Below are positions 46,386-55,700 of a stretch of DNA of 64,000 nucleotides, piece after piece. Position numbers and translations under genes: made by a program. The notes beneath the pieces are model-generated. The model saw only the letters and a list, made by a program, of their open reading frames with translations, was not told the DNA's origin and did not search any database. Positions within the stretch are counted from its first letter, which is position 1; every line of letters begins with the position of its first letter. The DNA is from an uncultured Ignavibacteria bacterium. GTDB taxonomy: Bacteria; Zixibacteria; MSB-5A5; JAABVY01. Location of the stretch: contig CAZBZV010000002.1 in NCBI GenBank assembly GCA_964496505.1, forward strand, positions 37,179 through 101,178, given 5' to 3'.

Positions 46386-49016
46386 ATGAAGCAAAAAAAT
46401 CTTACAATACTTTCTTTGCTGACCTCGTTAATGCTTCTTGTCTTTGCTGGTTCTGCATTGGCTGATGTTACGGTAACGTTCAATGATGCCACTTTTGATG
46501 TGGGCCGTACCGGTCAGACCATAGAGATGGAAGTAACCGCAGATAACCCGATTTCGATGTTCGATGTTATTGCAGAGATCGTTGATAATGGTGCCTGGGG
46601 CACTATTACCGGCGCATCATTCACACTGCTTAACGGCACCGGTGGATCAGATCTCACCAGAATGGACGGCCAGCCGGATGATATTTTCCGTCTGTACGCC
46701 ACCAATCTGGGAAGCTGCGATCCGGTACTCGATGCGGGCACCTCAGTGGTTGTAGAGCTTTCCATCGATATTGGCTGCACCGAAGGTACCTTCAACATAA
46801 CCCCTACCGGTATTGATTGGGATATTGATGCCTTTACCACAGCAACCACAACGTTCGTTGGAGCTGATTGTGCTGCTGAGCCGGTTACGGGTGTTATGGG
46901 AACGTACACCGTTGTCTCCAATGCACCCTTCTTCACCAATTGCCCACAGGACGACCTTGTATTTGCCTGTACTGATCCTGCCAATTACGATTTCGATGCT
47001 GATGACGCTGACCTGGGCTTCTGCGGTGAAGAGCTTACTTATGCTGTTGTTTCCGGACCTGGCGAAATCGATTCCGATGGAGTCTGGACCTGGGATTCAT
47101 TCGGTGAAGTAGGCGTTCATAATGTCACTGTTTCGGTCACAGATACTTACGATAATGAAGCTACCTGTGCCTTTACAGTGGTAATCACGAATCTGCCGCC
47201 GGTTGTAGATTACTGTCCTCCGGACTATGATGTTCCGTTTGACGGTATCAGCAAGGTGTGGATCTGCTTCGGTGACGAAGCATTCGGTACTGTAGATGCT
47301 CATGATCAGGACGATCCTGTTTGCCCTGGTCCTCTTGAATATTATCTGGAGAGCTTCAACGGTCCCGGTACTATGACAGTAGATCCAAATACGGGCGACT
47401 GGAGTTGGCAGACTGATGATGAGCCGGGATATGCCGGAATCTGGCATGCGGTTATCGGTGTGACCGATGGTGTTGCGGAAGACGATGTTTTCTGCGAATT
47501 CGACATCAAGGTTACCGGTATCGAAGTCAAGATTGCAAAGACTGGCGATGAGGACTTAGTGTTTCAGGGTGGCTACACCCAGGTTCCGCTCTACGCTTTT
47601 GTAGACGGCCAGGATGTGGGCGGTTTTGAATTCCTGATCTCTTATGACGCTTCTGCACTTACTTTCGTGGATGCGGAAATCGGGGAATACCTCGATAATA
47701 ATGGATGGGAATATCTGACCTACAGAACCGGCCCGTTCGGAAACTGCGGCGATGCCTGCCCGAGTGGATTGGTGAGAATTGTTGGAATAAATGACGTAAA
47801 CAATGGTCCAGCTCATCCGGATCCGGGCTCATGGTACTGGCCGGATTCATTAACCGTTGTCGACCTCAACTTCTTCGTCACTGACGACAGAACGTATGAG
47901 TGCCAGTATGTCCCGATCGGATTCTACTGGTTAGACTGCACCGACAACACAATTGCCGACAGTACTGGTAATCAGATCTTTATCAGTCGCAATGTCTACT
48001 GGTACAATCGTCCCGATGATCAGTACATTCTCCTTGATCCGGCTGAAAGCCCGTACAGGGCTGGCTGGCAGTCAATCCCCGCGCCCTATTTCCAGCAGTG
48101 CGATGAGGTTGCGGATCCCAGCAAGCCGTTCCCGCTTGGCTGTGCTGACTTCTATTATGGTGGAGTTGACATCGCTTGCGCTGACTCAATCGATAAGCGC
48201 GGCGACTTGAACCTGAACGAAATCGCCAATGAAATTGGTGATGCTGTTCTGTATACCAACTACTTCATCTACGGACAGACCGTATTTGACATCAACCTGC
48301 AAGGCCAGATCGCGGCCTCTGATGTCAACAATGACGGTAAGGTCCTGACCGTTGGTGACCTGGTCTACCTGATCAGAGTTATCACCGGTGATGCCGCTCC
48401 GTTTAACAAACTTGCTCCATTTGCAAATTCTGTCGATGTTGAACTTGCTAACAACAGCAATGGAATCTCAGTCACCACTGATGCAAATGTTGAACTTGGC
48501 GGCGCCCTGTTCGTATTTGATAATGTTGCTTCGGCTGATGTCGTGCCGACCGTCCATGGTATGGATGTGAAGTATGGTGTTGTCGATGGACAGCTCAGAG
48601 TTCTGGTCTATGATATCGATGGTGCCTATGTTTCTGCAGGCGAAAACGAGCTCTTCACGGTTATTGGCGCCGAAGAGGCGGCCCTTTCAAATGTCAGCAT
48701 TGTTGACTATTATGGTGCCGACCTGACCGTCAATACCTACAGAAAAGCTCTGCCGACAGCCTTTGCGCTGCTGCAGAACTCGCCAAACCCGTTCAACCCG
48801 TCAACCGATATAAGTCTGGATCTTCCGGAAGCATCCAACTGGTCAATCGACATTTATAATGTCCAGGGCCAGCTTGTGAAGAGCTTCTCCGGATATGATA
48901 ATGCCGGACGTGTAACGGTTACATGGGATGCTCAGGGCATGGCCTCCGGTATCTACTTCTACAGAGCGAATGTTGGCAACTTTACCGATGTTCGCAAAAT
49001 GGTTCTCATGAAGTAA
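46386..49016 (+). CDS. Giant secreted protein combining Cys-pair repeat domains, a cohesin-like module, a dockerin-like module and a T9SS C-terminal sorting domain
   Basis: A signal peptide is present. The cohesin-like stretch reads GFEFLISYDASALTFVDAEIGEY. The dockerin-like stretch DKRGDLNLNEIANEIGDAVLY...ASDVNNDGKVLTVGDLVYLIRVITGD follows. The tail LLQNSPNPFNPSTDISLDLPE...GIYFYRANVG..RKMVLMK matches the Por_Secre_tail (T9SS CTD) pattern. Confidence 0.7.
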   Translation: MKQKNLTILSLLTSLMLLVFAGSALADVTVTFNDATFDVGRTGQTIEMEVTADNPISMFDVIAEIVDNGAWGTITGASFTLLNGTGGSDLTRMDGQPDDIFRLYATNLGSCDPVLDAGTSVVVELSIDIGCTEGTFNITPTGIDWDIDAFTTATTTFVGADCAAEPVTGVMGTYTVVSNAPFFTNCPQDDLVFACTDPANYDFDADDADLGFCGEELTYAVVSGPGEIDSDGVWTWDSFGEVGVHNVTVSVTDTYDNEATCAFTVVITNLPPVVDYCPPDYDVPFDGISKVWICFGDEAFGTVDAHDQDDPVCPGPLEYYLESFNGPGTMTVDPNTGDWSWQTDDEPGYAGIWHAVIGVTDGVAEDDVFCEFDIKVTGIEVKIAKTGDEDLVFQGGYTQVPLYAFVDGQDVGGFEFLISYDASALTFVDAEIGEYLDNNGWEYLTYRTGPFGNCGDACPSGLVRIVGINDVNNGPAHPDPGSWYWPDSLTVVDLNFFVTDDRTYECQYVPIGFYWLDCTDNTIADSTGNQIFISRNVYWYNRPDDQYILLDPAESPYRAGWQSIPAPYFQQCDEVADPSKPFPLGCADFYYGGVDIACADSIDKRGDLNLNEIANEIGDAVLYTNYFIYGQTVFDINLQGQIAASDVNNDGKVLTVGDLVYLIRVITGDAAPFNKLAPFANSVDVELANNSNGISVTTDANVELGGALFVFDNVASADVVPTVHGMDVKYGVVDGQLRVLVYDIDGAYVSAGENELFTVIGAEEAALSNVSIVDYYGADLTVNTYRKALPTAFALLQNSPNPFNPSTDISLDLPEASNWSIDIYNVQGQLVKSFSGYDNAGRVTVTWDAQGMASGIYFYRANVGNFTDVRKMVLMK

Positions 49017-49036
49017 ACCAGACGCCTTTAATAAAT

Positions 49037-49068
49037 GAGGGAGGCTTTTAAGCCTCCCTCTTTTTTTA
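49037..49068 (+). terminator. Rho-independent terminator
   Basis: The hairpin GGGAGGC-tttta-AGCCTCCC is followed by TCTTTTTTT. Confidence 0.65.
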
Positions 49069-49113
49069 TTTGCTTTTAAGCACTCCTGTATGCATAATGA
49101 TAAAAACAGCCCG

Positions 49114-49134
49114 TCAAATCTCAGCGAGATTTGA
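49114..49134. promoter_or_regulatory. Perfect palindrome TCAAATCTC-agc-GAGATTTGA. A near-identical copy lies at 49370..49390.
   Basis: It has 9-bp arms. The second copy sits 40 bp upstream of the ubiB start codon. Confidence 0.35.
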
Positions 49135-49429
49135 CCTGCATTGGAAGGCATACGGCAGGGTGACCAAATCTTTAGATTGTGTTGATAAACTCTGATGTTG
49201 TAGCGTTGGGTCTTGATTCCGTCGAAGACGGAATTGTGACCCAACGCAAATGCATGCCATACAATAAGGCGCAGGGTCACAACCCCCGATTCCATCGGGG
49301 GCCAAGACCCTGCGCGACGAAAAATACCTTTTTTCAACAGGCCCTGAAGCCGGGGGCACCGAGAGTCCGTCAAATCTCAGGGAGGTTTGACATGCGGCGT
49401 TTGTTATGAAAGGCGGCTGTTGAGCTTAT

Positions 49430-51118
49430 ATGAAATTCGACTATAGATTTCAGAGAAAAATACGGGTCTTCAAAAGATACCGCCGCATCATAGAAGTCCT
49501 TGTAAAATACGGCTTCGGCGAGGTCCTGGGCCACATGAATATCGCCGCCCGTCTCAGAATCGGCAAACGCAAGCTTTTCAAGCAGACATCGGATCTGGCG
49601 GAGAAAAGCTATGCCGAGAGAATCCGCCTGGCTATGGAGGAACTCGGGCCTACCTTTATCAAATTGGGTCAGGTGCTGTCGACCCGGCCGTTTCTGATTC
49701 CGGTCGAACTGGTGGTCGAGCTTACCAAGCTCCAGGATGAAGTGGCGCCCTTTGAATTCAATCTGGTTCGGGAAATAGTCGAAGACGAACTGAAGGCGCC
49801 AGTTTCCGAGATATTCGAATCCCTGAAGGAGAAGCCGGTTGCATCGGCCTCGCTTGCTCAGGTACATGTGGGTATGCTTAAAGACGGCCGCAAGGTGGCA
49901 GTCAAGGTACAGCGTGCCCGCGTGAAGGAGATCATGGAGGTGGATATGATCATCCTTCGGGATCTGGCCGAGCTCCTGGAGCGCTTTGTACCGGAATCGA
50001 AGCGTTATGATCCCACCGGGCAGATCGATGAACTGGCCAAGGTCTCCCGCAGGGAATGCGACTTCCTGTATGAAGCCCGCAACATGGAGATTTTTGCGCT
50101 TAATTACGCGGATGATCCCACGGTTAAGATACCCGATATTTACTGGGAGTATACGACAAACAAAGTATTGGTGGCTGAATATGTCGAGGGCATAAAAATA
50201 TCTGACGTGGAGAAGCTGAAAGCTGCGGGAATCGACTTGCGCATGGTTTCACGGCGGGGACTGCGCATCATTATAAAGATGATCTTCGAGGACCGCTTCT
50301 TCCACGGCGATCCCCATCCCGGAAATGTCTTTGTCCGAAAGGACGGCCGCATTATCCTTCTGGATTTCGGAATGGTTGGGCATTTGTCCCAGTCGGTCGT
50401 GGATTTCCTGACCAATCTGCTCTTTTCGGCTTCCACCTGGGATGCGCGCAAAATTCTGAAAACGGTACTGGATTTCGATCTGGTACCGGAGAATTATGAT
50501 CAGCTCGGTCTGGAATCTGACCTCACAGAGCTTTTATATCGCTATCATAAGATACCGCTGGGGCAGATCGATATGAAATCGCTTCTGATCGATTCGATGG
50601 ATATATTTTACCGCCACCAAATCCGTCTGCCGAGCACATTCATGCTGCTCACGAAAGCTATGATTACTGCCGAGGAAGTGGCGCGTGAGCTCGATCCGGA
50701 AATTAACCTGATAGAGGAGGTCGAACCGTATATCAAAAATCTGGCATCCGAGCGCTTTAAATTTTCAGTTTTTAAAAAAGACTCGCTCGGCTTCCTCAGT
50801 GATCTGAGAGAACTGGTTACGAATCTGCCCTTTGATCTGAAAAGGATTACGCAGAAGATAAGGAAAGGGGATATGGAGGTGCAGTTCAGGCATAGGGGCC
50901 TGGATGATCTGACTAATGAGATGTTCGAATCCTCGAAAAGGATTTCCTTATCCCTTATAATAGCCGCCGTCCTGGTAAGTGCATCGCTTTTGAGGCATGC
51001 GGAACTGGGATTAAAGATATTCGGTTTTCCCGTATTATCACTTTTGGGATTTTTGCTGGGGGGCGTTCTGACTATCTGGCTAATCATCAATATATTAAGA
51101 TCTCCGAGGAATCGATGA
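49430..51118 (+). CDS. ubiB: UbiB/ABC1 (AarF) family atypical kinase
   Basis: The ASLAQVHVGMLKDGRKVAVKVQRARV region, a DPHPGN motif and two C-terminal transmembrane helices are present. Confidence 0.85.
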   Translation: MKFDYRFQRKIRVFKRYRRIIEVLVKYGFGEVLGHMNIAARLRIGKRKLFKQTSDLAEKSYAERIRLAMEELGPTFIKLGQVLSTRPFLIPVELVVELTKLQDEVAPFEFNLVREIVEDELKAPVSEIFESLKEKPVASASLAQVHVGMLKDGRKVAVKVQRARVKEIMEVDMIILRDLAELLERFVPESKRYDPTGQIDELAKVSRRECDFLYEARNMEIFALNYADDPTVKIPDIYWEYTTNKVLVAEYVEGIKISDVEKLKAAGIDLRMVSRRGLRIIIKMIFEDRFFHGDPHPGNVFVRKDGRIILLDFGMVGHLSQSVVDFLTNLLFSASTWDARKILKTVLDFDLVPENYDQLGLESDLTELLYRYHKIPLGQIDMKSLLIDSMDIFYRHQIRLPSTFMLLTKAMITAEEVARELDPEINLIEEVEPYIKNLASERFKFSVFKKDSLGFLSDLRELVTNLPFDLKRITQKIRKGDMEVQFRHRGLDDLTNEMFESSKRISLSLIIAAVLVSASLLRHAELGLKIFGFPVLSLLGFLLGGVLTIWLIINILRSPRNR

Positions 51119-52332
51119 CTGTTTACTCACATTCAAGACTGAGTACATACGAGAACTGTCCGCTGCAATATAAATATCGCTATGTGGACAGGCTGGTTGA
51201 AAAGAGGGACTCGATTGAGGCGTTTATGGGTTCGCGCTGTCATGAATCTCTTGAGAAGATGTATAAGCTGTTGTTAAACAGCAGGATGTGGTCAAAAGAT
51301 GAACTATTGGATGACTTTAAGTCGCGCTGGGAACGGGAATGGCATGACAATGTATTTATTGTAAGAAATGATTTGAGGCTCGAAGATTATTATAATCAGG
51401 GGCTGAAGGCTCTTTCCGATTACTACGACCATTACCATCCATTTGACCGCGATAAAACCCTCGCTCTGGAGCAGAGAGTGGAAGTGGATTTGGACGATTC
51501 CGGGCGTTACAAGCTACAGGGATTTATCGACCGCCTTTCCGAAGAGGGGGAGGGGCACTATAAGATTCACGATTACAAGACCGAGCGCACCTGGAAGACA
51601 CAGGAGCATTTTGACGAGGAACGTCAGCTTGCCCTTTATCAGATCGGGATATCCCGCATGTTTTCAGATATAAATTCTGTGGAACTGATCTGGCATTATC
51701 TTATCTTCGACAAAGAGGCGCGTTCAGTGCGGATAAAACAGCAGCTTGAGAAGCTGAAAATAAACACTATACATCTTATTCAGGAAGTCGAGACTGCCAC
51801 TGAAGAGGATAATTTTCCGTATCAGGAATCGGCGCTTTGTGACTGGTGCGATTACTACCATATATGTCCCGCTAAGAAGCACATGCATCTGACCGAGAAG
51901 ATGACGCCCCGCGAGTTCGCCGAAGACGATGGCGTGCAGATGGTGAACCGCTATATTGACGTAAAGGATGCGATCAGTGAACTGCAGGCTGAAAAGAAGC
52001 AAATCGAGCGAGATTTATTCGAATTCTGCATGCAGCTAAGCGTTGATATTGTAAGGGGTTCGACTCATAAAATTAAAGTGAAACGCGAGCCTATTTATAA
52101 GGCCAAATATTCGGCCAGCAGGGACCCCCGTGAGGAGGAGCTTTTCTATAATTTCGTGCGGGAGCGTAATCTCTATGAGAAGCTTATGGTTCTCAACAGC
52201 CAGCGCTTGAACAAGGCGATAAAAAGCGATGATTTGAGTCCTGAAATCAGGAAGGCGCTTTTAGAGTTTGTGTTTCTGGAGGAGGGCAAACCCCGCTTTA
52301 CGCCCTCGAAGCTTAAAAAGAACGAGTATTAA
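51115..52332 (+). CDS. PD-(D/E)XK nuclease of the Cas4/AddB/Dna2 type with a four-cysteine Fe-S cluster. It is stand-alone, with no CRISPR context.
   Basis: The N-terminus reads SRLSTYENCPLQYKYRY. The C-terminus carries CDWCDYYHIC (Cx2Cx5C). The ATGA start/stop overlap with ubiB suggests translational coupling. Confidence 0.6.
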   Translation: MTVYSHSRLSTYENCPLQYKYRYVDRLVEKRDSIEAFMGSRCHESLEKMYKLLLNSRMWSKDELLDDFKSRWEREWHDNVFIVRNDLRLEDYYNQGLKALSDYYDHYHPFDRDKTLALEQRVEVDLDDSGRYKLQGFIDRLSEEGEGHYKIHDYKTERTWKTQEHFDEERQLALYQIGISRMFSDINSVELIWHYLIFDKEARSVRIKQQLEKLKINTIHLIQEVETATEEDNFPYQESALCDWCDYYHICPAKKHMHLTEKMTPREFAEDDGVQMVNRYIDVKDAISELQAEKKQIERDLFEFCMQLSVDIVRGSTHKIKVKREPIYKAKYSASRDPREEELFYNFVRERNLYEKLMVLNSQRLNKAIKSDDLSPEIRKALLEFVFLEEGKPRFTPSKLKKNEY

Positions 52333-52746
52333 ACTGCCTGTAAAAGCTGTGCAGACGCTTGCAGTATATGTCAAAACATCTTCATATCGAACAAAAAATG
52401 CAGATTCTGCGACGAGAAAATCGTTGTTTAAATATTGAACATTTATTAATATTAGATTTTAGTTATAATTACCTGCAATGCCATATTTTTCTTGACAATA
52501 TGGCCTCCCAAATTATATTTAGTTGGTGTAAATTGTTAGGTTATTTTCGTTTATCTGCAAGATTTGAAGGAAGTTCTTATTAGTAGATAAAGCCTATTTG
52601 GATTGCTCCGAGGGGGAGCCGTACAATTCCAACATATCGAGGTACTTACCTGATTTACGACCGCTAATGATTTTTTAGATTTTTGTTTGTGGTATAAAGA
52701 TTGCTGTTACTCCCGGTAACAGTAAGCTTTTTAAGGAGGCGAATAT

Positions 52747-55700
52747 ATGCACCCGAAAAACCCACGCTGCGCATTTATATTCTTCGCGTTAGCGCTATTG
52801 TTTTTCCTGTCACCGAATATTTATGCTGACCCTGTTGATAAGAATATACAGGATTCCCTTATATCACTTGCCCCCGGAGAACCATCTCTTCAGGAGCTTC
52901 TGGACAGTCTTGGCTATACTATAGATGTAGCCAATGATGAGCTCGGATGGGAGGCCTTTTGCGCCGCCCCGGGATCCCAGGTGGCCATGATACTGGAACA
53001 GGTAGCCGCCTCAGCCACCAGCGCGTCCAGCGGCTGGTATGATGCTGCCGACAGCGCCGACAAATACGAGCTATTCGCGCCAGGAGATTCGGCCGGAGAT
53101 TCGACGGTTTTCATTATAGAGAACGCCGATTCAATTGGGTTCTATATGACTCCCAATCTTACCGGCTACGAATCATGGTATACCCAGAATGTTTATAATG
53201 ATGACGGCTTCGATCACGCTCTCATATTCCCAACAGGCAATGCGCATGAGTATATCATTGCCTTCGAGGATTTAAAGGATGGCGGCGATGCCGATTATAA
53301 CGACCTGGTATTCAGGGTAAGATTCGAAAATGCCCCGCCGGTTCTTTCTCTGCCGGATGATATGTATTTTAATGTATGTTATGAGGACTATGTCTGTTTT
53401 GATGTTGGGGCATACGATCTGAACTGCCTGGGCGATACTGTTACCCTGGAGATGCTCGAGGGGTACGGCAGTTTCACCACCCTGACAGGCCCCGGGGAGG
53501 TCTCGACAGAGCATTGCTTCATACCCTGGGCAACCGATTCGACCTATCTGTTCGTTTTCAAGGCCACTGATAATTCGGGTGCATTTGTAATAGATTCTTT
53601 CGAAGTGGTTTATGATATAAACGAACGTCCGACATTCTCCCTGCCTGAGGATTTCGATACCTTGATCTGCGAATACGATTCGATCTGTGTGCCGTTCGAG
53701 GTGTTTGACGCCGACGGCGATGATCTGGATATTGAGTTTCTCGAGGGAGAGGGTACAGTTGACTATATCAACGAGACATTCTGTTTCCTGCCGGATAAGG
53801 TAGATTTTGCAAGCTATACATTTGTTTTGAAGGCGTCGGATTCATGCTGTTCGGCCAAAGAATCACTCGATCCCAATCTGGTTCCGGTGCCATGCCCCGA
53901 GGATACGATAACTATCGGTGTGACAGTGAATCTGGAGCCCAATCTGGTGACGGTGCCTGATTTCGATACGCTTATTTGTGAGCCGACCGAAATCTGCTTT
54001 CCGGTTTCAGCGACTGATGCCAACGAAGGTGATAATGTCACGATTTCCGTTTCCTCACCGGCAACTTATGACGGTCTGACCGGCGAGGTTTGCTTCATGG
54101 CCGAGGCTGATGGTGTGTATGAGATCATCGTTACCGCTACCGACCAGCTTTGCGGGGCTGTAGCCGAGGATACTGTGGTTGCGACGGTTGATCTGAATGA
54201 ACCGCCGGAGCTGGTTGTTGCCAATGATACCAGTTATTATTTCTGTTCAGATCCGTATGAAATCTGCTTCGATAATACGGTAAACGATCCCGACGGCCTT
54301 GAGGGCAACACATTCAGCCTTATCTCCGGCCCGGGGACAATCGATCCTGCGACCGGCACTGTCTGCTTTACACCTCAGGAGCCGGGCGAATATGAATTTG
54401 TAATCAATGTTACAGATATATGCGAAAATTCTGATACCGATACGGTTTATATTTCCGTTTCAATGAACAGTCCGCCTGTTTTGACTTTGCCGGATGATTT
54501 CACGGCCCTGCTGTGTGATCTGGAACAGATATGCATACAGGCGACAGCGGATGATCCCGATCTTCCCGATGATGAATTGACCTTCCTTAAGGTTTCTGGA
54601 TTCGGCAGTATAAACTCACAAACCGGCGAACTCTGTTTCACGCCGCCCGTTGCGGGCACATACGATTTTGTAATCCGTGTACGCGATCTTTGCGGTGAGG
54701 TCGATCAGGACACTATCTCTGTAGATGTCCAGCTAAATTCACCTCCGCTTATGACGGTTGAGCCGAATATGTCGGTATTCTTCTGCGATCCGGGTGATAC
54801 GGCCTGTATCACATTGACAGCTGACGATCCCGATCTGAACGAAACCCTGATCTTTGAGCAGGTAGCAGGACCTGCCGGGAATCTCAATCCCGAGACCGGC
54901 GAATTTTGCTTCGAGTTGTCCGGCGCGGGCGATTATGATTTTGCATTCAGAGTTGTCGACCAGTGTGGCGAAGCCGATACTGCCGATGTTCTGGTGACCG
55001 CGGAAATGAATACCCCGCCGACGGTTTTGCTCCCCGAGGATTACAGCGATACAGCCTGTGCTTCCGGTGACGAGATTTGTTTCCAGGCGAGTTTCGATGA
55101 CCTGGAAGGCCAGGATTTGGAGATAACAGTCCTGCCTTTCGGAAGCTATTCCGAGGGTACGGTATGCTTCCCGGCCGAAGCCTCGCAGGATACGACTTTC
55201 TGCATTATAGTGCAGGCAACCGATATCTGCGGCGCTATGGGCGAGGATACGATCTGCATCGACGTGCATTACAACCTGCCGCCGACTGTGGATATCTTCC
55301 CGGATACAACAATTAAGGTTTGCGAACCTCCGGAAAACTTCTGTTTCTCATATACGACCCAGGATCCCGACAGCCCCGAGCCGGAAATTACAATAGAACA
55401 GGGTAGTGGTATTATTCAGAACGGCCAGGTTTGTATCAATATCGATACGATCGGTACTTACTGTGTGACGATTCGTGCTACCGATGAGTGCGGCGCGTAC
55501 GCCGAAGATGATGCATGTGTGATCTTTTCCGCCAACCAGCCGCCGGTCTTGACAGTCAGTGATGATATAAATGAAAGCTTCTGTGAGCCGACAGAAATCT
55601 GTTTCGATAACTCGGCAACCGATCCTGATCTGCCGAATGATACCTTAACCTTCAGCTTTACCAATGCCCCTGAGGGCGCGACTATTACCGAGAATGGCAG

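Noticed and set aside
52359-52583. A 74-aa ORF in the AT-rich gap before the giant gene
   Set aside because: No RBS is present. The amino-acid composition is AT-skewed. The region more plausibly holds the promoter, with TTGACA at 52493.
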